Assembly: GCA_016929555.1 (NCBI GenBank)
Contig: JAFGIO010000211.1
Span: 1 to 48,785 of the forward strand
DNA from: Deltaproteobacteria bacterium
GTDB lineage: Bacteria > Desulfobacterota > Syntrophia > Syntrophales > JAFGIO01
Direction of reading: 5' to 3'
DNA: 48,785 nt
This document shows positions 28,480 to 38,087 of the stretch, one piece after another. How positions within the stretch are numbered: position 1 is the first letter of the stretch; each line of letters opens with the position of its first letter. A program made the translations under genes and the position numbers. The notes below the pieces were generated by a model that was not told the DNA's origin, did no database searches, and saw nothing but the letters and a program-made list of their open reading frames with translations.

Positions 28480-29328
28480 ATGGGTGCCTCATCCGAACCG
28501 TACTGTGAAGTCCATCATGGGGAAGGGCCCTATCTGCTGATGCTGCATGGATTTCTGTGCAGCAGGGCCCAGTGGATGCCCAATATCGATGCACTTTCGA
28601 AGATTGCGCGCCCGGTGGTTGTCGAACTGCTCGGGCACGGCCGTTCACCGGCGCCGGCCAGCCCCGAGCCCTATCGTCCCGGAGGGTATGTCGAGGCCTT
28701 CGAAAGCATCCGTAAACGTCTGGGGGCTTCGCGCTGGCTGATCTGCGGTCAGTCCCTGGGTGCAGGCATCGTCCTGCGCTATGCCCTTGAACATCCCGAG
28801 CACATCATGGCGCAGGTCTTTACCAACAGCACATCTGCCCTCCAGGAGAGGATCCTTATAGCCGATGCGAGGAAAGCAACGGAGGCCTTTGCGGAAAAAC
28901 TGCTCGAAGAGGGACGTGAAGGCCTTGAAAGGCTCCCGATACATCCGATTCACGCGGTTCAACTGCCTGATGAGGTCCGGTCGGCATTGGTCAGGGACAG
29001 CCTGTCCATCAGCCCCTTGGGAGCTGTGAATACAATTCTTTACACCCTTCCGGAAGTATCGGTTCGCCCGATGATAGCGAAAAACATCGTTCCCGCCCTG
29101 CTGGTTTGCGGAAAAAAGGAGAAACGATTTGAACCATACAGGGAGTATGCAAGGACCCATATGCCCCTGCTCGATATCGTCGATGTTGAGGCTGGACATG
29201 CCGTAAACATTGAGGCGGCCCAACCATTCAATGAGGCGGTCACGGCCTTTTTAGGCAAGCACGGTGAATCTCGGTCGCATCATTTTAGGGCCGGCGGTGC
29301 AGAAGCCGCTCGCCCTTTGAAGCCCTGA
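28480..29328 (+). CDS. alpha/beta hydrolase (MenH-like fold)
   Basis: HGF, GHGRS, GQSLG nucleophile elbow, AGHAVN. Confidence 0.85.
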   Translation: MGASSEPYCEVHHGEGPYLLMLHGFLCSRAQWMPNIDALSKIARPVVVELLGHGRSPAPASPEPYRPGGYVEAFESIRKRLGASRWLICGQSLGAGIVLRYALEHPEHIMAQVFTNSTSALQERILIADARKATEAFAEKLLEEGREGLERLPIHPIHAVQLPDEVRSALVRDSLSISPLGAVNTILYTLPEVSVRPMIAKNIVPALLVCGKKEKRFEPYREYARTHMPLLDIVDVEAGHAVNIEAAQPFNEAVTAFLGKHGESRSHHFRAGGAEAARPLKP

Positions 29329-29356
29329 CAGCGGAGACACCTTCGGGAGGGTGGGC

Positions 29357-30349
29357 ATGCTGAAAATTATTGCGGATGCCGACATTATCGCGAGATGCCA
29401 GCGGCAGCTGATCAATAGCTTCAAGCCCTTTTCGGGAAAAAAACTCCAGGTGCGACTCGGCCATCCGGGGGCGAGTTTCCCTGCACGGATTCGGTGGTAT
29501 GAGGATTTGGGCATCTGGATTCATTCGTCCAAGACCGCACAAAGCCGCTACTGGAATGCCTTCGGGGTTATCCAGGGCGGGGATGCCGGTCCCCTCTCGA
29601 TCACCTGTGAAATCAATTTTCCCTTCTGCGGTATAGACAGGCGGATCGGTGGGGCTCTGGCCAGGGACAGAGACGGACGGATTTTTGTCGTCCATCGCGG
29701 CAGGATCGGCGGGGGAAGGAGGGGAATCGGCAAATCTTTCTTCGAAGAGCACTACCGGGGAGCCTGGACCCTCATGGAGGACGGCGACTCGAATACATCC
29801 GTGGCCCTTGTCGGCGCGCTGAAGTCGCCACGGTTTGCCCGTCAGGTGGCCCAATTCGTTCGCAAGATCGATGGGATCAAGCGCAATGCGGTTTTTTCTT
29901 CTCAGACGGAAATATTCAACGAGATTACGCTCAGGGAAGAACTCCTCGGCGCGCCTCCGGAGACCCTGAAAAAGGAATTGGCATCCCTGTGCGATCGTGA
30001 TCTGGTGCTCGTCGACCTATCAAATCGCTTGATCGATTTGGGTTTCAGGACCGGAAACGACGGAAGGAGGGACCTCTTTGCCCTCGATAGGTCAGGCCGT
30101 CTTGCTGCCCTTTTCACGGTTGGGACCGACCTTTCCGAAGAGGTCATCCATAAGGGGGTCGCCCGGCTGATGTTGGGCGGCGGCGACTCAACCGACAACC
30201 CTTCCCTTTTTTTCATTCTTCCGGCCTTGCCCGAGACAGCCGTCGAAGAGCAGTTGAAGAGGCTGCGCATCGGCATCCTCACTTATCAATGGTCAGTGGG
30301 CAGGGCCTGCTTCCCCGGGATAGAAACTCTTCTCGATTTACCCCGCTGA
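29357..30349 (+). CDS. hypothetical protein with a possible degenerate PD-(D/E)XK-like C-terminal domain
   Basis: Long ORF with GGGAGG RBS filling the gap before nadK; RDLF...LFTVGT...KGVARL. Confidence 0.65.
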   Translation: MLKIIADADIIARCQRQLINSFKPFSGKKLQVRLGHPGASFPARIRWYEDLGIWIHSSKTAQSRYWNAFGVIQGGDAGPLSITCEINFPFCGIDRRIGGALARDRDGRIFVVHRGRIGGGRRGIGKSFFEEHYRGAWTLMEDGDSNTSVALVGALKSPRFARQVAQFVRKIDGIKRNAVFSSQTEIFNEITLREELLGAPPETLKKELASLCDRDLVLVDLSNRLIDLGFRTGNDGRRDLFALDRSGRLAALFTVGTDLSEEVIHKGVARLMLGGGDSTDNPSLFFILPALPETAVEEQLKRLRIGILTYQWSVGRACFPGIETLLDLPR

Positions 30350-30450
30350 ATGAACAGAAGGGCAGGGATCCGCCCCCCACCGGAAACGGAAATGGACACC
30401 GATCCATTTTTATGGTAGAAAAACGATCGAATATTCCCCAAGGTGTTGAT

Positions 30451-31332
30451 ATGACTATTAAAGCAATCGGAATCGTTGCCAATGCCGAGAAAGACAAGGC
30501 ACCCCAGTATACCCTTTTGCTGAAAGAATGGCTGGCTGGACAAGGTATGACGGTTCTGCTCGAAGAGGACATTGCCCGTAAGGTGGGGGAGCGAAAGGGT
30601 GTTTTATGCGACAATATGGCCGCCAAGGTCGATCTCATCATTGTTCTGGGAGGCGACGGCACGATGCTCCGCGTTGCCAGGGCCGCCAGTCAATATTTTA
30701 TTCCCATCGTCGGAATCAATATGGGTGGCTTCGGCTATTTGACGGAGATCAATCTGAACGAGATGTACGGCGCTCTCGAGATGATTTTCAAGGGAAACTA
30801 CCAGACGGAACAGCGGATGATGCTCGATGTGACGATCAACGGAGGAAGGATACAGCCCGAGAAGGGCATCGTCCTGAACGACGTCGTCATCAACCGGGGG
30901 AATCTCTCGCGGATCGTTGAGCTGGAAACGGCGGTCAACGGCCGATATCTGGCCACCTTCAAGGCAGACGGTCTGATCGTATCGACGCCGACGGGCTCGA
31001 CGGCCTATTCGCTTTCAGCCGGCGGACCGATCGTTTTCCCGGAGCAGGATGCGATCATCATCAACCCCATCTGTCCCCATACCCTCACAAACCGTCCCGT
31101 CGTACTTCCCGAAAGCACCGTTGTAGAGGTGATTCTCCGGACAAAGGAACGCGGCGCAACTCTGACTTTGGACGGCCAGGTTTCTTTCACCCTGAAATCC
31201 GGTGACAAGATCACCATTCAGAAATCGCACTATGTAACCAATCTGATTTCATCGCCCCATCGGGACTACGTCGAAATCCTGCGCTCCAAATTGGGCTGGG
31301 GAGGTTTGCCTTCGGGAATGACCAAGGGCTGA
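30451..31332 (+). CDS. nadK: NAD(+) kinase
   Basis: LGGDGTML, GINMG..GYL, LND, DGLIVSTPTGSTAYSLSAGGP, LDGQ. Confidence 0.95.
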   Translation: MTIKAIGIVANAEKDKAPQYTLLLKEWLAGQGMTVLLEEDIARKVGERKGVLCDNMAAKVDLIIVLGGDGTMLRVARAASQYFIPIVGINMGGFGYLTEINLNEMYGALEMIFKGNYQTEQRMMLDVTINGGRIQPEKGIVLNDVVINRGNLSRIVELETAVNGRYLATFKADGLIVSTPTGSTAYSLSAGGPIVFPEQDAIIINPICPHTLTNRPVVLPESTVVEVILRTKERGATLTLDGQVSFTLKSGDKITIQKSHYVTNLISSPHRDYVEILRSKLGWGGLPSGMTKG

Positions 31333-31333
31333 A

Positions 31334-33034
31334 ATGCTCAGAGAACTTGCAATCAGAAACTTTGCCATCATCGACGAGATGAGGGTATCCTTTCAGAAGG
31401 GCCTTACGGTTCTGTCCGGTGAAACGGGGGCGGGAAAGTCCATCATCATCGGTGCCGTCAACCTGTTGCTGGGGGAGCGGGCCCATGCGGACATGATCCG
31501 CTCCAATGAAGATTCGGCGGTTGTGGAGGCTTCCTTTGCCATCGGCGAGATGGGGTCCCTTAAGGACAGGTTGCATGAGGCTGGATACAGCCAGGGGGAC
31601 GAACTCGTCATCCGTCGGGTTGTTTCGAGATCGGGACGGAATCGGATCTACATCAATGGAAATCTCGCTACGCTCGCAATGCTGACGGAAATCGGAGAAT
31701 CCCTCGTGAATATCTGTGGCCAGCATGAACATCAAGTTATTTTGAATGCGGATAGCCATATCGATATCCTGGACGAATACGGAGAGCTTCTCCCGCTGCG
31801 GAAGGAGTACGAGGAACTCTACGAGGTGGTCAGGTGCTGTGAGGAGCAGATCGGAGCGTTGCGGAAGCAGGAAAGGCAGCGAGCGGAACGGGAAGATTAC
31901 CTCCGCTTCGTCCTCGGGGAGATCGACCAAGCCAACCTGCAGATCGATGAAGAGGCATCTCTGATGCGGGAAAGGCAGATTCTGGACAATAGTCAGAGAC
32001 TCGGGGAGTATGTGGAGAAGGCGAATGACGGCCTTTACGGCAGGAGCGGCTCTGTCCTGGAAGAATTGCGGAATGCCGTCACCCTTATCAGGGAGATCAG
32101 AAAGATTGACGGGTCCCTGCAAATTCCCGAGCAGGATCTGGACGATGTCTACTACCGGATCGAAGACTGGACGCTTACGCTGCGGGAATACGCAAAGAAA
32201 CTCGTTTTCGATCCCCAGCGGGCCGAGGCCGTCCGGGATCGGCTGGAATGGATCGGACGCCTCAAGCGCAAATACGGCGGTTCTCTCAAGGACATTCTTG
32301 ACCGCCGGTCGGAGACGGCGGAGGAATTGAACGGGCTGCTGTCCATTGACGACGAGATTAAAGAGGTGCAGCGCGTCTATTCCGAAAAGGAAGGCGAATT
32401 GTTGAGCAAGGCCCTGGTCCTGTCGGAAAGAAGACGGGAGGTGTCTCTGCGTCTCAAGGAAGCCGTCGAAGGGGAGATCGGCCGTTTGCGGATGGAGGCC
32501 GCAGGATTCGAGGTGCGATTCGCAATGCGGATCTTGAACGGCGATGAAAAGCCATCCTTTACCACGAAGGGCATCGACAGCCTTGAATTCTATCTTGCAA
32601 CGAATCCCGGCGAGGATATGAAACCGTTGAACCGCATCGCTTCGGGAGGGGAGCTGTCCCGAATCATCCTTTCCCTGAAGAAGGTTCTGGCTAAGGCAGG
32701 CTCCGTCGGCACGATCGTCTTCGACGAGGTGGACAGCGGTATCGGCGGGGCTACGGCCGAAATGGTAGGGCAGGTTCTAAAGGACGTGGCCGCCAATCAC
32801 CAGGTCCTCTGCATCACCCATCTCCCGCAGATTGCCTGTTTTGCCGATCATCATTATCGAGTGTCGAAACTCCTTTCATCGCAACGGGCGACAACCTCCA
32901 TCGAAATTCTCTCGGACAGGGACCGGATCGAGGAGATCGCCAGGATGTTGGGGGGGATCGATGTGACGGAAAAGACGAGGGATCACGCCCGGGAGATGCT
33001 GGTGGCTTCGCAGGGATCGGCGGGTGCGACCTGA
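31334..33034 (+). CDS. recN: DNA repair protein RecN
   Basis: GETGAGKS, GQHEHQ, ASGGELSR, FDEVDSG, ITHLPQ, EIARMLGG. Confidence 0.97.
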   Translation: MLRELAIRNFAIIDEMRVSFQKGLTVLSGETGAGKSIIIGAVNLLLGERAHADMIRSNEDSAVVEASFAIGEMGSLKDRLHEAGYSQGDELVIRRVVSRSGRNRIYINGNLATLAMLTEIGESLVNICGQHEHQVILNADSHIDILDEYGELLPLRKEYEELYEVVRCCEEQIGALRKQERQRAEREDYLRFVLGEIDQANLQIDEEASLMRERQILDNSQRLGEYVEKANDGLYGRSGSVLEELRNAVTLIREIRKIDGSLQIPEQDLDDVYYRIEDWTLTLREYAKKLVFDPQRAEAVRDRLEWIGRLKRKYGGSLKDILDRRSETAEELNGLLSIDDEIKEVQRVYSEKEGELLSKALVLSERRREVSLRLKEAVEGEIGRLRMEAAGFEVRFAMRILNGDEKPSFTTKGIDSLEFYLATNPGEDMKPLNRIASGGELSRIILSLKKVLAKAGSVGTIVFDEVDSGIGGATAEMVGQVLKDVAANHQVLCITHLPQIACFADHHYRVSKLLSSQRATTSIEILSDRDRIEEIARMLGGIDVTEKTRDHAREMLVASQGSAGAT

Positions 33035-33135
33035 CGCACCGTCTTGGCGACAGGCGCAATGTTTCGGCAAATTCCGCTTTTCCCACGGACAAGGAAGAGC
33101 GAGAGGGATCTTTCCATGAATAAATGGAGTGGACA

Positions 33136-33594
33136 ATGTTGAGGAAGGCCCGAATCGGTGATGTCAAAACCATCCACAGGATGATCAATGTCTCTTCCGG
33201 GAAGGGGGAGATGCTGCCCCGCTCTCTCATGGACATCTACGGTAACCTGAGGGATTTTTTCGTCTATTTTCATGAAGACGGGACAACGATCCAGGGGATA
33301 TGCGCCATGAGCATCATCTGGGAGAACCTTGCTGAAGTTCGGTCTCTCTATGTGGATGATGAGTACCGGAACAGGGGGATTGGACGAAAGCTCGTAGAGG
33401 CTTGCATTTCCGAGGCGATCATCCTTCAGCTTTACAGGGTATTCACGTTGACCCGCAAGCCCGAATTCTTCAGACATCTCGGTTTCAAGGAAGTGGACCG
33501 GTCCACCCTTTCGGAGAAGATATGGGTGGACTGCTTCCATTGCCCGAAATACCCCGAGTTCTGCGATGAAGTGGCCATGGCCGTCGACCTTTGA
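33136..33594 (+). CDS. GNAT N-acetyltransferase (short ArgA-like N-acetylglutamate synthase)
   Basis: MLPRS, LAEVRSL, RGIGRKLV, KIWVDCFHCPK..CDE. Confidence 0.85.
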   Translation: MLRKARIGDVKTIHRMINVSSGKGEMLPRSLMDIYGNLRDFFVYFHEDGTTIQGICAMSIIWENLAEVRSLYVDDEYRNRGIGRKLVEACISEAIILQLYRVFTLTRKPEFFRHLGFKEVDRSTLSEKIWVDCFHCPKYPEFCDEVAMAVDL

Positions 33595-33609
33595 AGAAAG
33601 CGAAATGCC

Positions 33610-34809
33610 GTGAATGTAAGATGTATCTTTCTTTCCATTCTGCTGCTGTTGACGGGCTGCGTGAAGGGAATCGCTCCGGTCGAAGTCTCTCCTGGGCCGA
33701 CTTCCCCGGTTGTCGTGGGCGGCGAAATAGGATGGCCTGCGGATGATCTCGATCGGGAATCCCTGATTAAGGCCCTTGAGAAGAGCCTCCTCTATTACGA
33801 CAGCCTGTCCGAAGAGCGTCTGCTGCCCTGGGGCGATGAACGGATTCCCGTCCACGATCTGAAGGAGACACTGCTGGCCTTTCGGGAAATTCTGCTCAGC
33901 GACGAACCGGTCGAACTCAGGGATAGAAAAATTGCCGAAACCTTCGAATTCAAACGTGCAGCCGGCATGGATGGACAAGGGACCGTTCTGGTCACGGGGT
34001 ATTATGAGCCCGTTTTGCAGGGATCGCTCGTCATGACGGATCGTTACCGTTTTCCGCTCTACGGGGTTCCCGATGATCTGTTGGCATTTGTACCTGAAGG
34101 GCTGACAAGGGGCGATGGGGAGCCTGTCGGCAGGTGGGAGAGGGACGCCCTGGTACCCTATTACAGCCGGGCGGATATCGATGAGGGGAGGGTTCTCGAG
34201 GGAAGGCGCCTCGAGATCGCCTGGGTGGACGATCCCGTCGAACGCTTTTATCTCCATATGCAGGGTTCGGGCCGGATCAGGCTTGAGGATGGCACGGAGG
34301 TCCGGATCGGCTATGCCGCATCCAACGGCCTGCCCTTCCGGAGTATCACAATTTACCTCCTGGAGCAGGGAAAGATCACCCGGACAGAGGCCGGCTATCG
34401 GGCCTTCAAGGGATACCTGAGAGGGCTCGGCCTGGAAGAACTCCTGCGTCTTTTCAGCTATAACGAGCGTTACGTCTTCTTCCGCCTCAGGACGGATGGT
34501 CCCCTGGGTTCCCTCAGGGTGCCGCTCACACCCGGGCGATCCATCGCCACGGATGCCGCGGTTTTTCCTGAAGGCGCCCTGGCGTACATGAGCATGCAAT
34601 TACCCGAATTCGACGAGGCGGGAAAGGTCGTTTCCTGGGGGCCCCTCCGCCGCTTCGTTCTCTCCCAGGATGCCGGCAATGCGATCCGGGGACCGGGCCG
34701 GGTGGATCTGTTTTGCGGCTCGGGTATCGAGCAGGAGCGTCTGGCCGGCAGCCTGAAGCAGAAGGGGGTACTTTATCTGCTTCTGAAAAAAGGGTCTTCG
34801 GCCCGGTAA
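33610..34809 (+). CDS. mltA: MltA membrane-bound lytic transglycosylase (lipoprotein)
   Basis: LTGC lipobox; TGYYEP, MQGSG, RYVFF, SIATD, QDAGNAIRGPGRVDLF. Confidence 0.9.
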   Translation: MNVRCIFLSILLLLTGCVKGIAPVEVSPGPTSPVVVGGEIGWPADDLDRESLIKALEKSLLYYDSLSEERLLPWGDERIPVHDLKETLLAFREILLSDEPVELRDRKIAETFEFKRAAGMDGQGTVLVTGYYEPVLQGSLVMTDRYRFPLYGVPDDLLAFVPEGLTRGDGEPVGRWERDALVPYYSRADIDEGRVLEGRRLEIAWVDDPVERFYLHMQGSGRIRLEDGTEVRIGYAASNGLPFRSITIYLLEQGKITRTEAGYRAFKGYLRGLGLEELLRLFSYNERYVFFRLRTDGPLGSLRVPLTPGRSIATDAAVFPEGALAYMSMQLPEFDEAGKVVSWGPLRRFVLSQDAGNAIRGPGRVDLFCGSGIEQERLAGSLKQKGVLYLLLKKGSSAR

Positions 34810-34841
34810 AGGCAGCAGAACATTCACATGCAGCGGTTCCA

Positions 34842-36155
34842 TCAGACGGTGCCCGACGAGGGGAGCCCTGATCTGTTTGGTACTTGATCTTCTTTTGCCT
34901 TGATGTCCGTCATTTCGCCGGTCTCCCGCATGAAGCACCGGGGATCCTCGGCAAGATAATCTCCGTGGTAGGCAAGAGCCCGCCCACGACATCCTCCGCA
35001 GACGGTACGGAAATCGCACTTCCCGCAGAGTCCTTTCAAGGTGCTTTCTCGATTCCGCAGATTCTGAAAGACGACCGAATCCTCGTAGATTTCGCGAAAA
35101 GACGCTTCCCGGACATTGCCTGCCCTGATTTCGACAAAAGGGCAGGGCCAGATGTCCCCATCGGCTTTTATGTAGAGAAAACCCCTGCCTGCGGCGCAGC
35201 CGTGAAAAAGATGGCCGGCGATACGCAGGGCGGCGCCCTTGTCCAGTCCCTTTTTTCTCAGAAGATGAGGCCAGTACTGGGGACCGGCCACAGGCTCGAT
35301 GATCGTTTTCGTTTGTGCCTGTTTTTCGGCAATCAGCTCGCTGAGGTTTCGATTGGCCGATTTTTTCAGGGTGGCAGTTCCGATTTTTTCCCCCCTGCCT
35401 ACGGCGACGAGCTGGTACATGAGCATGATACTTGCTTCCTGAGCATCCACGAAATCGATCAGCTCGGGCAGGGCGGACATGTTGTATTCCATGGCCGTGG
35501 TATTGATCTGCAGGAGAATGCCCGCCTTACGGGTGGCCTCGATCGCCCGAAGCGTCAATTCGAAGGCGCCGGGACGATTCCTGATGTAATCGTGGATTCC
35601 GGGATCGGCTGCATCGAGGCTGATGGCGTTGCAAACGACGCCGTGATCTTTCAGCTTCCAGGCCATTTCTTCGTCGATGAGCGTTCCATTGGTGGCGATG
35701 ATGTTGGCGAAACCCACCTGCTGGGAGTGACGAAGCAGCGTGAAGATGTCCTTGCGGACCAAGGGTTCGCCTCCCGTGTAGACCAAGGCCCGGAAGCCAC
35801 CGACGTCGGCGATCTGGTCGATGAGTCTTTTTCCCTCGTCCGTCGTCAGTTCCCGGTGGTCTGCTTCGCCGCCTGCGGCGTGGCAATGAATGCAGCGCAG
35901 GTTGCAGGACGACGTCACCTCCCATACGGGATGGCCGGGATAACCGATACACCCCATGCCAAGAGCACCGTTCGAGACGGGCATCGATTTCAGGCTGTCA
36001 TGAAGCAGCCATTGAGGAAACCTTTTCCATCCATTGAGGTAACCCATCAGCAGGACGCTGCCCAGCTGCCTGCAGAGCAGCGTGGGCGGCCAGTAGAAGG
36101 GGCTGACTTTTTTCTTTACGGATCCGTTGTTCATAATCGGACTGTTCCATTCCAT
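34842..36155 (-). CDS. radical SAM/SPASM protein (NirJ/Ahb-like architecture)
   Basis: CNLRCIHC, TGGEP, TNG, CAAG...PCP...CGKCDFRTVCGGCRGRA...DPRC. Confidence 0.88.
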   Translation of the reverse strand: MEWNSPIMNNGSVKKKVSPFYWPPTLLCRQLGSVLLMGYLNGWKRFPQWLLHDSLKSMPVSNGALGMGCIGYPGHPVWEVTSSCNLRCIHCHAAGGEADHRELTTDEGKRLIDQIADVGGFRALVYTGGEPLVRKDIFTLLRHSQQVGFANIIATNGTLIDEEMAWKLKDHGVVCNAISLDAADPGIHDYIRNRPGAFELTLRAIEATRKAGILLQINTTAMEYNMSALPELIDFVDAQEASIMLMYQLVAVGRGEKIGTATLKKSANRNLSELIAEKQAQTKTIIEPVAGPQYWPHLLRKKGLDKGAALRIAGHLFHGCAAGRGFLYIKADGDIWPCPFVEIRAGNVREASFREIYEDSVVFQNLRNRESTLKGLCGKCDFRTVCGGCRGRALAYHGDYLAEDPRCFMRETGEMTDIKAKEDQVPNRSGLPSSGTV

Positions 36156-36202
36156 CCGGATTGAATATTATAGCACCGTCTGAGACATTGCTGACGCTTT
36201 TA

Positions 36203-37126
36203 TCAGGAAAAGGCCAGGATGTAACTTGCCGTGGTACCGAGATTGACGACGATGTTCAGTCCACACAGTCTTTCCAGCAATGCACGATTCTCGTATTTAC
36301 CCATCAACATCATGGCTGCGATCCAGGCGGCGAGGGCGGCGACAGGCGAATAGAAGTACAGCAGCTTCCTTGGGACGCCCGGGTCAATGGACAGAAGCGC
36401 CGCCGCCCAACTCAGCAGCGAGGCCATGGCGTAAAGGAATGCCCCCCTCCTTTCGCCCAGCCTGACAAGGAGGTTCTTTTTCCCCGTTGTCTTGTCGGCC
36501 GGATAATCGGGAAATTCGTTGAGAAGGATTACGTTGAATATCGTGAGTCCTATGGGAATGCTTATCCAGTGTATGATAGGGTCGATATAACCACACTGGA
36601 TATAGAAAGCTACGGCTACGGGAAGCCAACCGTAGCAGAAGCCGATGAACAGCTCACCGAATCCCCTTTCGACAAGCCGTACCGGTCTTGTTGAATAGAA
36701 AAAACCCGGGAAGGCGCCCAGGAAACCGAGAAAGAGGGTATAGGGACCTGTCCGGAAATGGAACTGTAGGGCAACACCGATGATGCCCGCAGCCCCAAGG
36801 GTTATGATGCTGGTCCAGAGGGCTACCTGGCGGGGAAGGATGCCCGCAGGGACCACGCCCGACCCGCCGGCGAACCTGCTTGCGTACCATCGCTGCGATA
36901 TCGCGTCTTCTCTATAATCGAAATATTCTCCTGCGTGGTATGTCGAGAGCATAATCATAACGACGGCCGTCGCCCCAAGCAAAAAAATGCTGATGCTGAA
37001 CAAACCATCGAATCTCCAGGCGAGGAAGGTTCCCAAAAAGAAAGGCAGAACGCCCACGGTGTGGAAGGGGGGTCTCGAGAGCTGCAACCAGGCCTTCAAT
37101 GTTGGGTATGCGCTTGATTTCCCCAT
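36203..37126 (-). CDS. UbiA-family prenyltransferase (MenA-like)
   Basis: EYFDY..D, AGGSG, FFYST.P, NEFPDYPADKTTGKKNL.VRLG; multiple TM segments. Confidence 0.85.
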   Translation of the reverse strand: MGKSSAYPTLKAWLQLSRPPFHTVGVLPFFLGTFLAWRFDGLFSISIFLLGATAVVMIMLSTYHAGEYFDYREDAISQRWYASRFAGGSGVVPAGILPRQVALWTSIITLGAAGIIGVALQFHFRTGPYTLFLGFLGAFPGFFYSTRPVRLVERGFGELFIGFCYGWLPVAVAFYIQCGYIDPIIHWISIPIGLTIFNVILLNEFPDYPADKTTGKKNLLVRLGERRGAFLYAMASLLSWAAALLSIDPGVPRKLLYFYSPVAALAAWIAAMMLMGKYENRALLERLCGLNIVVNLGTTASYILAFS

Positions 37127-37546
37127 TGTTTTCCTTTTGATTCCTTTCACTTGTTCGTCGGGACTGTCACCTAACACAAAGAAAATGCATTGTCAAATTG
37201 CCGCAAGTCCCATGATGACAGAGAGAGATGTGATTTTTCCACAGGAGCGTGATTTTTTCTTGATTGTTGTTTCCCTTTGTGTTAGTGATAGCGCAACGTT
37301 CACGTTCAAAGCCAGTATCACATTGGCTTTCCAAGCCGGGAGATATGCCCTGAGAGTTATAGAGGGATATACGCTTCATCAAACCAAGCTCACTGTAAAA
37401 GGTGTTATCATACTGATGTGATTTGCCTTTTCCTGCATAACGGTATTCAGATGGCGGTTTGGGCCGGTCTTTAGGCCGGCTTGATGGGAAGTCGATATGC
37501 AGTCTTCTCTTTTTACAAAATAATTCATTAAGGGGGGCAAGAAAGT

Positions 37547-37819
37547 ATGACGAAGGCGGAATTAGTAGCTGTGATGGCGGATGAAGCGGGGATCACGAAA
37601 GCGGCAGCAGGGAAGGCGCTTCAGGCCTTTGTGGACTCGGTGGGAAAGGAACTGAAGAAGAATGGGAAGCTTGGACTCGTTGGATTCGGCACTTTTTCCG
37701 TCGTAAAGAGAAAATCCAGAGAGGGCAGGAATCCCCAGACAGGCAAGACCATCAAGATTCCGGCGAAAAAAGTGGTTAAGTTCAAAGCAGGGAAGGCCCT
37801 TTCCGAAAAGGCCAAGTAG
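37547..37819 (+). CDS. hup: DNA-binding protein HU
   Basis: [25 protein letters not shown]. Confidence 0.95.
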   Translation: MTKAELVAVMADEAGITKAAAGKALQAFVDSVGKELKKNGKLGLVGFGTFSVVKRKSREGRNPQTGKTIKIPAKKVVKFKAGKALSEKAK

Positions 37820-37846
37820 AAAAAGGCAGCAGGGGCATCATAAAGG

Positions 37847-37875
37847 TCAAGGCCTCCCCGACAGGGAGGCCTTGA
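37847..37875 (+). terminator. hairpin after hup (probable terminator)
   Basis: TCAAGGCCTCCC-5 nt-GGGAGGCCTTGA 12-bp stem; weak U-tract. Confidence 0.6.
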
Positions 37876-37992
37876 TGATTCCCATCCTGTATTTCATTGC
37901 TTCGTTCCGAAGAACCTCAAAGAAACCTCAACAGATCGGGCCGAGAAAGGTCTCATAGCCGAAGGTGCTTTATCTTGTAACGGCCTCGCCGA

Positions 37993-38021
37993 TTGACAGG
38001 CAGGTGTCTTTTTGTTATAGG
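37993..38021 (+). promoter_or_regulatory. putative promoter of trpS-scpAB-rluB
   Basis: TTGACA-17 bp-TATAGG with TG extended -10. Confidence 0.55.
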
Positions 38022-38087
38022 TCCGCCGTGTACGGGCTTCATTGAGCCGGCGCTCCATCATCCATTTCAGTTCTTAAGGGAGGCATT

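Noticed and set aside
28480-29328. Calling the hydrolase menH because a MenA-like gene is in the window
   Set aside because: The genes are 7 kb apart with no other men genes; the fold alone does not give specificity
37911-37932. AACCTCAA direct repeat with 11-bp spacing upstream of the trpS promoter
   Set aside because: Only two short copies; insufficient evidence for a regulator site
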